The position numbers and the translations under genes were made by a program. A stretch of DNA of 49,143 nucleotides. Source: Parcubacteria group bacterium GW2011_GWA1_47_8. Lineage in GTDB: Bacteria > Patescibacteriota > Minisyncoccia > Phycocordibacterales > UBA1550. The notes beneath the pieces are model-generated. The model worked only from the letters and a program-made list of their open reading frames with translations. It did not search any database and was not told the DNA's origin. Below are positions 18,691 to 27,954 of this stretch, piece by piece (the stretch's first letter is position 1; the number at the start of each line of letters is the position of its first letter). Where the stretch lies: contig LCOP01000006.1 of assembly GCA_000996605.1 (NCBI GenBank), positions 1 through 49,143 on the forward strand, read 5' to 3'.

Positions 18691-20547
18691 TTAAGCGGTA
18701 GCTTCTTTAAGATCCTTATTTATTTGCTTTACCTTTGATCGTGCCTCCGTAAATTCATTAAGGTTTCGTGTTGCCCTCTTCTTTGCGACAATGGCCGCTT
18801 TATGAGCTGGGGTTCCTGCTGTTGCTGCTGCCATATTGGACTCCGCATCTGCCTCTAATGTCTCAAGGGTATCTCTCCTTGTTTCTGCCAGTGCGGTTAT
18901 TGTAGGGTCATCAATATCCCTGGTATCCCCAGGGATTCCGAGGTCTACCCTAAATTTAGCAATAATTGCCTTCTTTTCTGCGTCAAGTTTTTCGCGATTT
19001 TTTTCTCCTTTGCCCACTACCTTTGCTGCTTCTTTTGCTCCAACATTACCACCGGTTCCCGTACGGGATAGATAACCTTTTTCGAGCTGCGTTTGGTATG
19101 CTTGTGCCGCAGTAATATCATTTCCACTCGCATCTTTTACGATAAGAGGCTTCCCGTTTTCGTCAACCGTAACCTTTTTCCCAAATGCTATGTCTTTTGC
19201 TTTGGCATCAGAAACAGTTTTTGCATAATTACTTTCTGTTCCTTTCCCTAAACCAAGATTCCCTCCGGCGCGAGTGTTGCGAATGTCCCAATTCCCCCCC
19301 GCAACTTTTTCATTGAGATTATAAGCTACCCTCCCGATACTATTTGACGACGCCATTCTTTTGAATGTCTCAGATTGCGATGCCTTATAAGCTAGTCCCC
19401 CTACAGTTTTTTGTGCAAGCTTAGCTCCCGTAAGCGCCGTAAACCCGCCAACCGCACCGACAATTTTTTCACCCAGCTCACCAAAAGACCCCGACATGCT
19501 TTTCGCGAGACCAATCGCCTTATTCAATGCTAGATATACGAAAATGACGGTAATCGTGGGAATAAAGATTGTGTCAAAGGTGAAGGTGCCGACGGTTGCA
19601 GTATTCGGCCTCAAGAAAGAATTTAAAAGTCCTCCTTCCCCCAGAATCTTTATGATGATATATAGAAAGAAAAGGAAGACTGGTGCTACAAAGGAAAGAC
19701 CAAGGAGGTTCTTGAGCCATTTTTGGAACTGGTTCCCTTGGGGGAACGTTATCGAGATAAAGGCAAACGGGGAAATGATCATAAGAAACCAAAACCCAAT
19801 AATACGTCCAATGAAAACAACCGCAACCTGGAAAAATGCCAATGCCGCAAAGATGTTGACTAGGGTTCCTATAACAAACAGAACGGTTATTTCCATTGCG
19901 GATAATTTTGTATCCGCGGTTATTTTCATAAATGTTTGCGGTTGGAAATATGTTGCAATGGAGTAAGAGAGATTGCGTTCCGGTATGCCGCCTTTCGTAT
20001 GCGGAGTTGTGGACGGGCTTCCCATTGCACTGTACATTCCCACCGCGAGAACATTCCCCGCGTCGATGACGACTTTGGTGAAAAAGAGACTGAAGTTTAT
20101 GAGGAGCGCGATAATGACGACTTTAATTACGGTTTTTTGCCAATTCCCAAGACCAAGGATCGTCTGTATCCCTGTGTAGAGGAGAATGAAGATAAAGACC
20201 ATATTGGTGAAGCTAAGTATGATCCCCCATATTGTGGTGATAAACTTTTGGTTAAGAAAAACTTTGTCGATGCTTAAGGCAAGCACTGCGTCAAAGATAT
20301 ACGCCGCTCCGGTAAGAAGCATGGATGCAACCGAAAAAACAGCATAAGCGAGATACATCGGAATAAGCATGGGAACATTCGCCAGACAGGTAACCCAATC
20401 CTCCTTACAAGAAAGCTGGGCAATGAGAGAACTTGCGGTAGTGGCATCTGTTGTGGCATCCGCTGACGCCGTCATCGTCATACCAAAGAAAAGTATGGTT
20501 CCGGCGAGGATTGCTATTAGGGTACTTTTTTTAAGATTGATTTTCAT
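18691..20547 (-). CDS. VirB6/TrbL-like polytopic membrane protein
   Basis: Multiple TMs; ALLINFSLFFTKVVID and RIIGFWFLMIISPFAF; basic cytoplasmic tail. Confidence 0.8.
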   Translation of the reverse strand: MKINLKKSTLIAILAGTILFFGMTMTASADATTDATTASSLIAQLSCKEDWVTCLANVPMLIPMYLAYAVFSVASMLLTGAAYIFDAVLALSIDKVFLNQKFITTIWGIILSFTNMVFIFILLYTGIQTILGLGNWQKTVIKVVIIALLINFSLFFTKVVIDAGNVLAVGMYSAMGSPSTTPHTKGGIPERNLSYSIATYFQPQTFMKITADTKLSAMEITVLFVIGTLVNIFAALAFFQVAVVFIGRIIGFWFLMIISPFAFISITFPQGNQFQKWLKNLLGLSFVAPVFLFFLYIIIKILGEGGLLNSFLRPNTATVGTFTFDTIFIPTITVIFVYLALNKAIGLAKSMSGSFGELGEKIVGAVGGFTALTGAKLAQKTVGGLAYKASQSETFKRMASSNSIGRVAYNLNEKVAGGNWDIRNTRAGGNLGLGKGTESNYAKTVSDAKAKDIAFGKKVTVDENGKPLIVKDASGNDITAAQAYQTQLEKGYLSRTGTGGNVGAKEAAKVVGKGEKNREKLDAEKKAIIAKFRVDLGIPGDTRDIDDPTITALAETRRDTLETLEADAESNMAAATAGTPAHKAAIVAKKRATRNLNEFTEARSKVKQINKDLKEATA

Positions 20548-20559
20548 AAAAATAAGATA

Positions 20560-22614
20560 CTAATCATAGACCCCTTTTACTGCGTCTTGCACGAGTGTGG
20601 TGATGAGTGTTTGGATGATTTTATCTAAGCTGTCGGCAAGTCCTATTCGATTCATATCGGTACCAAGGGTTTGCGTCAGTTGCTCCTGCACGATCTTTCC
20701 GGGGGTGGTTACCGGACAGTATGTTTTTTGGTAGAAGATAACATTTTCGGCACCAAGGTAGTTTGGATTATTAGGGTCGGTGATGATCGTCGGGGTGTTT
20801 GCCGTCATAATAAGACGAAGATCTGCCGGATAGGCGCATAGCGCCGGATTATCTGTTTTGTGCAGATCTGCGAAGCCACCCGACCAGCTTAGCTGTTGTT
20901 TTTTTGTATCTGCCGCTTTTTGTTGGCGGCTGTTCAATTCCCTGCTTGCCGTAATCGTGACCCCAAAAGGATTTCCGGCATCATCCATCGCTGTTTCAAA
21001 TGCACGCCAACCTCCGTAACTAAAATCTTCATAGAAGCTACTTGCCGGGTACGAGAAAAGCGGGTCGTCCCCAAAAGGACACTTGACTTTATCTTTGAAC
21101 ATATTGCGGGTGCTCTTTGCGGAAAGTTCGAGATCGTTGGTGAGATCCATTTTGAAAGAAGGGGTGAAGTCGCAAACAGCAACTCCGCGTAACTGCCGTA
21201 CAAAATCACCTCCTACGATATCATTGGAACCATCAAGGAGAACGTTTATGTTTGTGGCGAACGATGGGCTCCCGTTAAATCCTCCCTTGATCCAATTGAC
21301 GGTACTTTCGGTCAGGTTGTTTAACATGAGTTGCCCCATGGTATAAATAAGACAATCTCCGAAATCTTTGAATTGTTGTGTAGCCCCGGATATTCCTGTA
21401 GGAAGTGCCTCTACTGGATTTGTCGTGGGTACGGTAAATACTGCACTCGCTGTTGCAAGGGTTGTAGTGAGTGCCCCTACCGCCCAAGGACCAACTACTG
21501 AAGCAACTGCAACTGCCGCGCAAGGAGTTATGGCGCCGGCAATAAATTTACCCGCCCCCCCGCTTCCCCCGAGTGCCGATCCGGGTCCCGCTCCAGCCCC
21601 TGACGTAGCCGCCCCTGACGTAGCCCCCGCTTTTGCCGCAGAAGCGGAAGCCGAAGCCGACTCCGCCTGCAGTTGGTCATTTGCCGCTTTTATCACCAAT
21701 GCTGTTGCGGCTATTTGAGAATCTGCGATAGTAAAAATTGTTCCCGTATCCGTTTTTAATATTCCTGCGCGCGTTTGTGCGGCTAGAGCTCTTTGAAGGG
21801 TGGCGTCTGCTACATCCCTTGCGTTTTCTGCTTGTCCCCATGCAAAAATGTTAGACGAATTTGTTGCAAGCAATGTTGCTTTTGCCATATTGAATGCATC
21901 TTGAGCTTGCAACACCCATGTGTCGGCTTCTGTGGCGGCTCTTTCTGCTGACACGCGAGCTACTTCTGCCGCCGTTTTTACTTCGCTTGCCGCCGATTGT
22001 GCAAGTGATGTAGCGAGCGATACGGCACCTTGTGCGGAGAGCACTGCTATATTTGCCGCATCTATTGTTGCAACGTTGCTGTTTGCTACCGCTATCGCTC
22101 GCCCCAGTTGTGCGAGGGTTAATTTTGCTTGAGCTATCGTAATGAGTGTTGTTTGTACTTGCGCTACGGTTAATTGCAATTGAGCGATTTGTAACTGTGT
22201 TGCTGCAATATCAAGGTACACGGTTACCTTTTTTTCTTGCGTGTCTGTTGGGCGTTGTTGTATCAGAGCCAATTGAGCTTTTGCCGCATTGACCGGATCT
22301 TGTGCATTTTTTAGCTCTACTTGTGCAGTAAGGTTCGCCGCATCGTATTTTGCCGCAAGGGTTGTTTGCGTGGCTGATGCCGCCGACACGTCAAATCCTT
22401 CTCCGCTTGGACTTTTTAATATTAACTCTGCTGTTGTCACTGCCACGGACAGTTCCGCCATTGCGGCGCTAAGGGAGGCTGCTTGCACTGGGTTTAAAAG
22501 AGAAGATCCCACGGTAGCGATGGTAGCAAGGGAAAGGAAAAATTTTTTGAATAGAAAGATTCCTTTTTTATGTTCAGTTGAGCGAGGTAGATTTTTGAGA
22601 AGTTTCGTAGGCAT
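20560..22614 (-). CDS. Large exported protein with an Ala-rich coiled coil and a Cys-containing C-terminal domain
   Basis: Signal-like N-terminus, about 280 aa of A/Q/T-rich helix, Gly linker, TVNWIKGGFNGSPSF and CPVTTPG. Confidence 0.75.
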   Translation of the reverse strand: MPTKLLKNLPRSTEHKKGIFLFKKFFLSLATIATVGSSLLNPVQAASLSAAMAELSVAVTTAELILKSPSGEGFDVSAASATQTTLAAKYDAANLTAQVELKNAQDPVNAAKAQLALIQQRPTDTQEKKVTVYLDIAATQLQIAQLQLTVAQVQTTLITIAQAKLTLAQLGRAIAVANSNVATIDAANIAVLSAQGAVSLATSLAQSAASEVKTAAEVARVSAERAATEADTWVLQAQDAFNMAKATLLATNSSNIFAWGQAENARDVADATLQRALAAQTRAGILKTDTGTIFTIADSQIAATALVIKAANDQLQAESASASASAAKAGATSGAATSGAGAGPGSALGGSGGAGKFIAGAITPCAAVAVASVVGPWAVGALTTTLATASAVFTVPTTNPVEALPTGISGATQQFKDFGDCLIYTMGQLMLNNLTESTVNWIKGGFNGSPSFATNINVLLDGSNDIVGGDFVRQLRGVAVCDFTPSFKMDLTNDLELSAKSTRNMFKDKVKCPFGDDPLFSYPASSFYEDFSYGGWRAFETAMDDAGNPFGVTITASRELNSRQQKAADTKKQQLSWSGGFADLHKTDNPALCAYPADLRLIMTANTPTIITDPNNPNYLGAENVIFYQKTYCPVTTPGKIVQEQLTQTLGTDMNRIGLADSLDKIIQTLITTLVQDAVKGVYD

Positions 22615-22623
22615 AAAAAGGCG

Positions 22624-23220
22624 TTACATTTTTGAGAAAATCGTGTTGACTTGAATAAGGACATTTGCCCCTGCTTGGTATTTGGTAATCCCGGCAATTC
22701 CTCTCGCCGGGTCTACAAATGCTTGTTGCATGTCTTCGACACCGGAAATGACCATTGCATACCCTGTGATCATGAGAAGATGGACATCCGCCATTATTTC
22801 AGGGGTTTTAATGTGAAGGAGACCGTCAATAAGTTTTTTGTAACTTTCAATCATAGGACCGAGGGGGATAAGTTTTTGCGAATCCTTTGCATCGAGGGCT
22901 TGAGTCACAATAAGAAGTTCGTTCCCTGTGTTTTTTTGAGCAAAGGTGTTGAGTGTCGTACTTAGTTCCTTTTGGTACGCGGCAAATGATTCTGTTGTCG
23001 TTGGAACGATCACGATATCCTCCCGCGTGTAATGCTTTACTGGATTTTGGTCAGGGGTACTTTTTGAAATACTTTGTGCGATTGCTTGCGCATCTGCGTC
23101 ACTAAAAAACCGGCTATTGCTCATAGCGAAAAGAACAATTCCTGCGCCTGCAAGTGTTGCAAGAGCAATGGAGATAATTTTTTTAGAAGGCCGGAGCATG
23201 TGACGATTACTTGAAAGCAA
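22624..23220 (-). CDS. Hypothetical membrane-anchored protein
   Basis: N-terminal TM plus helical domain; start uncertain (23220 or 23199). Confidence 0.7.
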   Translation of the reverse strand: MLSSNRHMLRPSKKIISIALATLAGAGIVLFAMSNSRFFSDADAQAIAQSISKSTPDQNPVKHYTREDIVIVPTTTESFAAYQKELSTTLNTFAQKNTGNELLIVTQALDAKDSQKLIPLGPMIESYKKLIDGLLHIKTPEIMADVHLLMITGYAMVISGVEDMQQAFVDPARGIAGITKYQAGANVLIQVNTIFSKM

Positions 23221-23339
23221 TGGGTGTTGCCACCTATCCTTACCTATTTAATTATACCAGATACAAAGGAGAATGATACAAGGGGATAAGGAAAATTCTG
23301 TGGATAACAAACATGTTTTTTGTGCTATACTTTTTTTAT

Positions 23340-24602
23340 ATGAAATTTCGCATCGCACTCCTGCTTTTTGCGATAATACCAATACAACTTTTTGGTGCAA
23401 CGACAGGGTTCCCGCGGGATCTTTCGATAGGAATGTCAGGAGAGGATGTGCGGTCATTGCAGGTTGTGCTCAATACAGATCCGGAAACACTGGTTGCGAA
23501 GTCGGGTTTTGGGTCACCGGGGAACGAAACTGCCTATTTTGGTCTTGCCACAAAGCGCGCCCTTACAAAATTTCAGGAGAAATATCGGGAGGATGTGCTT
23601 ATTCCGGTCGGACTTCATGCCGGGACAGGATTTTTTGGAAAAAGAACCCAAGCGAAAGTCTCGGCGTTGTTTCAAAAGCTCGGCGAACCCACTGCTCTCC
23701 AAGAAGTAGTTTCCATGGGAGCACAAAGGGCAACCACAAGTCTTTTTGTTGATTTTAATAGTGTTAAAAAACCCGATACTTTCTCGCGCATAGAAAAAAA
23801 ATATTTTAATATAACACCAAGTGGTCTTGCGACTCTTGGAGAATACTATCGTACCTATGCCCAGATTACATCTGAAGTCACGTTTTCCCAAGAAGACCTC
23901 GGCATGATGAAGAAAAAAATTGAAGTTGCGAACGAAAATGGAGAGAAAAAGGAGAGGGTATTACTGCTCGAAGAGCTGATAGATGAGGCAAAGAGAGGAG
24001 ATACTTCCAAAGAACTGAAAGCATCGTTTATGGCGTGGGCGAATCTAGATAAAAGAATGGTTGCTGAGTTAAAAAAAGTACCTACCACCTTCTCGGCGTT
24101 TGATGCAAACCAAGAAATAGCGAGCTGGTTTCAATATCACGGACTCATTGCAGAACGTTTCGGAAGCGCAACCCTAAGTTCTTTGGAAATGGACGATCTG
24201 CTGAAAGAATTTAAAGCATATGCAGCAACACACGTTGGGTTATATGGGAAGAGTATTGCGAAAGCGCAAGAAAAAGAACCCGCGTTCTTCTCGGTCATCA
24301 ATAAAGCAGAAGCGTCCGGTTGCGGCCTGACTCATTTTGGTGGCAGGGTTGCGTTCTATGTGACCTGCAACTTGGGTACCGTTCACACTATTGCCGGGAC
24401 ATGTGGAGGGCAAGTTTTGTTCAACTGGGCGGTGCAGGCCGCAAATCCTTATCTTTCGCATAATATCTATACCCCCGGCGTTGCCGTGCTTGGAAAATCG
24501 GTTGCTGACCCTATCCTCTTTTGCCCTCTCGGCTTCCCCCCATTCATGGTGCCTATTCCTACCACAGATATCGCTATTTACTATGGGACGGCCGTAATGT
24601 AG
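23340..24602 (+). CDS. Secreted peptidoglycan-binding domain protein with a Cys/Gly-rich C-terminal domain
   Basis: RDLSIGMSGEDVRSLQ..LN, YFGLATKRALTKFQ (PG_binding_1 pattern). Confidence 0.85.
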   Translation: MKFRIALLLFAIIPIQLFGATTGFPRDLSIGMSGEDVRSLQVVLNTDPETLVAKSGFGSPGNETAYFGLATKRALTKFQEKYREDVLIPVGLHAGTGFFGKRTQAKVSALFQKLGEPTALQEVVSMGAQRATTSLFVDFNSVKKPDTFSRIEKKYFNITPSGLATLGEYYRTYAQITSEVTFSQEDLGMMKKKIEVANENGEKKERVLLLEELIDEAKRGDTSKELKASFMAWANLDKRMVAELKKVPTTFSAFDANQEIASWFQYHGLIAERFGSATLSSLEMDDLLKEFKAYAATHVGLYGKSIAKAQEKEPAFFSVINKAEASGCGLTHFGGRVAFYVTCNLGTVHTIAGTCGGQVLFNWAVQAANPYLSHNIYTPGVAVLGKSVADPILFCPLGFPPFMVPIPTTDIAIYYGTAVM

Positions 24603-24614
24603 CAAGGAAAGACA

Positions 24615-25415
24615 TTAGTCACCAATAAGACGCATTGCTTTGGACAAGAGGAACCATTTATCAAAAGGCACGTCTTCGGCGCGGGCGTCGGGGGAAATGT
24701 TTGTAGCGTGAAGGATATTTAGCACTTCTTTTCCGAGCAATTCTTTTAGGTTTCCGGAAAGTTTCTTGCGTTTATGGGCAAAGCCCGCTTTGATGAGGCT
24801 GAAAAATTTTTGCTCGGTTTTTTTGTCTTCAAAATTTCTGCCGGAAATTTCTTTGATGGCGAGAACCGCCGAATCTACTTTTGGTTTCGGAGTGAAGTAG
24901 CGCGCGGGGACTTTTTTTATGAGATGAGGCGTTCCGTACGCTTTTACCGAGAGGGACAGGATGCTTTCTTTGTGGTCACGTGCAATGATGCGATCGGCGA
25001 TTTCTTTTTGCACCATGAGAATGATGCGCTCGGGGCGATGTTTCGCTTCGAGAAATGTCCTTAAGATTTGTCCGGTGATGTAGTAGGGAATGTTCGCAAT
25101 GAGTTTGTATGAAGGCGGTAAAGGAAGGTCAAGCGTTTCAAATATCTCCAAAATATCGCCTTCGATAAGCGTGAAACACCCCGCGCGTATCTCGGCGGCA
25201 AATTTTTCTGCAAGGAATGGAATGAGTCGCATGTCCTTTTCAACCGCAATGACGTGTGCTCCTGAGGCGAGAAGCTCTGCGGTGAGGAACCCCTTCCCCG
25301 GCCCGATCTCGAGCACGGTGTCCTTGACGGCAAGCTCCCCCGCGCGGACGATGTCGCGCGCTATTGATTTTGAATTTAGAAAATTTTGTCCGAGAGTTTT
25401 TTTCGCGCGGAGCAT
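24615..25415 (-). CDS. rsmA: 16S rRNA m6,2A dimethyltransferase
   Basis: LGQNFL, VLEIGPGKG, ANIPYYIT, PKPKVDSA. Confidence 0.97.
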   Translation of the reverse strand: MLRAKKTLGQNFLNSKSIARDIVRAGELAVKDTVLEIGPGKGFLTAELLASGAHVIAVEKDMRLIPFLAEKFAAEIRAGCFTLIEGDILEIFETLDLPLPPSYKLIANIPYYITGQILRTFLEAKHRPERIILMVQKEIADRIIARDHKESILSLSVKAYGTPHLIKKVPARYFTPKPKVDSAVLAIKEISGRNFEDKKTEQKFFSLIKAGFAHKRKKLSGNLKELLGKEVLNILHATNISPDARAEDVPFDKWFLLSKAMRLIGD

Positions 25416-25442
25416 GGTGTTAAAAATTTTTATAACTACATA

Positions 25443-27422
25443 TTACCACTCAATACGAATGACCGGTTCGTGATCGCTGTCGGCAGTCTCGTGTTCGAGG
25501 TGCGCATCGTCGATGTCGGAGAGGAATTCCGATGGCGCATTCACTTGCCGTTGGCCGTAGATTGTGCGGACGGATGCGTACGAAAGAAAAAGTTTTTTCT
25601 TGGCGCGCGTGACGGCGACGTAGAACAATCGCCGCTCTTCTTCTTGGTCTTCTTTTGATACGCGCGCTTCGCTCATTCGGCGATGCGGAAAGAGGTCTTG
25701 CTCAAGGCCCGTGACAAAAACATAAGGAAATTCAAGGCCTTTTGCGGCATGGACGGTCATGAGCTTCACTGCGCTTTCGTTTTTTATCAGCGAATCTTGG
25801 TCGCTCGCAAGCGCGGCATCGGCGAGAAGTTTCTCTATCGCTTCTTCGGGCGCGAGAATGTCGTATTTGGTGGCGAGGGTGACGAGCTCGTGGATATTTT
25901 CAAGGCGGTCATTGTCTTCGTCGGTTCCTGTTTTGAGCGACGCTTCGATGCCGGTTTTTTCGGAAACAAATTTGATGAGCTTGGAAGTTTTCTCACTGAG
26001 CGCAGTCTCGCGGATACTTTCGAGAAGTTTTTTGAAATCTTGTACGCGTTTTTGTGCGCCGGGCGCGAGGCTCGCCACATCATTTGCAAACATCTTTGCA
26101 AGCGTCGCTTTGCCGATGCCGCGCGGCGGCACGTCGATGACGCGCTTGATATCCGACAGGCTTTCGGGATTCAGCCCCGCACGGATAAAGGACAAAATGT
26201 CCTTGACCTCTTTGCGTTCAAAGAATCGTACGCCGAGGACTTGGTACGGTATCCCCATCATGAGGAAGGCTTCTTCGAGCGCGCGCGATTGGAAGTTCGC
26301 GCGATAGAGTACCGCGATGGATTGCGGGCTCTCCCCTCCCGCGATGATTCCCTTGACCTTTTCTCCGACCGCGCGCGCTTCGGCACCCTCGTCGTAGGAT
26401 TCTATAATGCTTATTTTTTCACCCTTGGCGTTTTTGGTAAATAAATTTTTGTCTTTGCGGACGGTGTTTTTCGTGATGATGTCATTTGCCGCGGCGAGGA
26501 TCGTTTGCGTGGAGCGATAGTTTTCCTCGAGGAGGATTGTGCGCGCGTTCGGATAGTCTTCTTCGAAGTTGAGAATATTCTTTATATTCGCACCGCGCCA
26601 GCTGTAAATGTTTTGATCACCGTCGCCGACTGCGCAGATGTTGCGGTTATCACCAGCGAGGAGTCGCGCGAGTTCGTACTGCACGCCGTTCGTGTCTTGG
26701 TATTCATCGATGTGAATGTATTTCCAGCGCTTGAGATACGCGTTCCGGATATCCTCATTATCCCGAAGTAAGATAACGGTTTTGAGGATAAGGTCGTCAA
26801 AATCAAGCCCTCCTTCTCGCTTGAGGAGTTTCTCGTAGCGTTCCCACACCGATGAAACGATCAGGGGGAAATACGCATTGCCGGCATCTGCGCGGTATGT
26901 TTCGAGGGTGACAAGATTCCCTTTTTGTCCCGAGATGACATGCGCAATGCGGTCCGGCGAGAATTGTTTTGAGTCCAACCCCTCTGCCTTTACCGCTTCT
27001 TTGATGAGCGAGAGCGCGTCAGATTTGTCGAGGATGGTGAAATGTTTGGTAAGCCCGAACACCTGCGCATGCGCACGAAGGACGTGTACGCCGAGCGAAT
27101 GAAATGTTCCGATGAACGGGCGCGCATCTCCTGCCTCTGCCGGAAACCCGCGCGTGGCAGGCAGGCCGTGACGAAGCCCCGCCCCGAATCCGTGTTGCTC
27201 AAGGAGCACATCAACGCGTTCCTGCATCTCACGAGCGGCTTTGTTGGTAAAGGTGATAGCGAGAATTTCGCTCGGCGTGACGCCTTCTTTGATGAGATGG
27301 AGGATGCGGTGCGTGAGGGTGCTCGTTTTTCCCGTGCCGGCGCCCGCGATGATGAGGAGCGGGCCGTCTTTGTGGAGCGCCGCTTCGCGTTGCATGGCAT
27401 TTAAATGTTTCAAGTGTTCCAT
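25443..27422 (-). CDS. pcrA: UvrD/PcrA DNA helicase
   Basis: AGAGTGKT, TFTNKAA, DEYQDTN, LEENYRS, TVHAAKGLEF, EERRLFYVAVTRA. Confidence 0.96.
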   Translation of the reverse strand: MEHLKHLNAMQREAALHKDGPLLIIAGAGTGKTSTLTHRILHLIKEGVTPSEILAITFTNKAAREMQERVDVLLEQHGFGAGLRHGLPATRGFPAEAGDARPFIGTFHSLGVHVLRAHAQVFGLTKHFTILDKSDALSLIKEAVKAEGLDSKQFSPDRIAHVISGQKGNLVTLETYRADAGNAYFPLIVSSVWERYEKLLKREGGLDFDDLILKTVILLRDNEDIRNAYLKRWKYIHIDEYQDTNGVQYELARLLAGDNRNICAVGDGDQNIYSWRGANIKNILNFEEDYPNARTILLEENYRSTQTILAAANDIITKNTVRKDKNLFTKNAKGEKISIIESYDEGAEARAVGEKVKGIIAGGESPQSIAVLYRANFQSRALEEAFLMMGIPYQVLGVRFFERKEVKDILSFIRAGLNPESLSDIKRVIDVPPRGIGKATLAKMFANDVASLAPGAQKRVQDFKKLLESIRETALSEKTSKLIKFVSEKTGIEASLKTGTDEDNDRLENIHELVTLATKYDILAPEEAIEKLLADAALASDQDSLIKNESAVKLMTVHAAKGLEFPYVFVTGLEQDLFPHRRMSEARVSKEDQEEERRLFYVAVTRAKKKLFLSYASVRTIYGQRQVNAPSEFLSDIDDAHLEHETADSDHEPVIRIEW

Positions 27423-27466
27423 GGGGACACTGTAGCACAAAACAAGCTCACCGCTTAATATCTTTG

Positions 27467-27516
27467 TTTCAAATTCCCCAGTTTGGTACTATAGTACCAA
27501 ACTGGGGAATTTGAAA
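27467..27516. repeat. Perfect 50-bp palindrome with no loop
   Basis: TTTCAAATTCCCCAGTTTGGTACTA|TAGTACCAAACTGGGGAATTTGAAA. Confidence 0.95.
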
Positions 27517-27555
27517 AGATATTACTGTACAGAACCATCATGGGGAGCCACTCAC

Positions 27556-27603
27556 ACACTATCTACCTATACGGTACGATAGTATCGTATAGGTAGATAG
27601 TGT
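27556..27603. repeat. Near-perfect 48-bp palindrome
   Basis: ACACTATCTACCTATACG-GTACGATAGTAT-CGTATAGGTAGATAGTGT. Confidence 0.93.
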
Positions 27604-27612
27604 TAAAAATTT

Positions 27613-27930
27613 CTATTCGCTTTTGATATCTTTATTTTGCGCGGCGCGGAAGGATTCGACAACACGCGCGGTCTCTTCCTGCATGATGTCGTAGAGGTGC
27701 GGTACATTGAGTTCGAGGAATTCCTGAATGCGCTCATTGTCGCCTTCTTTGCTGAGTACCTCGAATTCTTCGCGCGCGTCCTGAGGGAGTTTCTCAAGAA
27801 TACCAAGGGTCACTGATTGCAAAATGATCCCACCTATTTTTGTGACGATTTCATTCTGCGCTTCTTCGGGGAGATCGGCGAGACCGAGTTCTTTGATTAA
27901 AATATTGCGAATTTCTTGTTCGTTGTTCAT
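27613..27930 (-). CDS. Small acidic helical hypothetical protein (DUF5663-like)
   Basis: LIKELGLADLPEEAQNEIV pattern, common in CPR. Confidence 0.75.
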   Translation of the reverse strand: MNNEQEIRNILIKELGLADLPEEAQNEIVTKIGGIILQSVTLGILEKLPQDAREEFEVLSKEGDNERIQEFLELNVPHLYDIMQEETARVVESFRAAQNKDIKSE

Positions 27931-27954
27931 GGTAAATGAATTATGGGTGATAAG

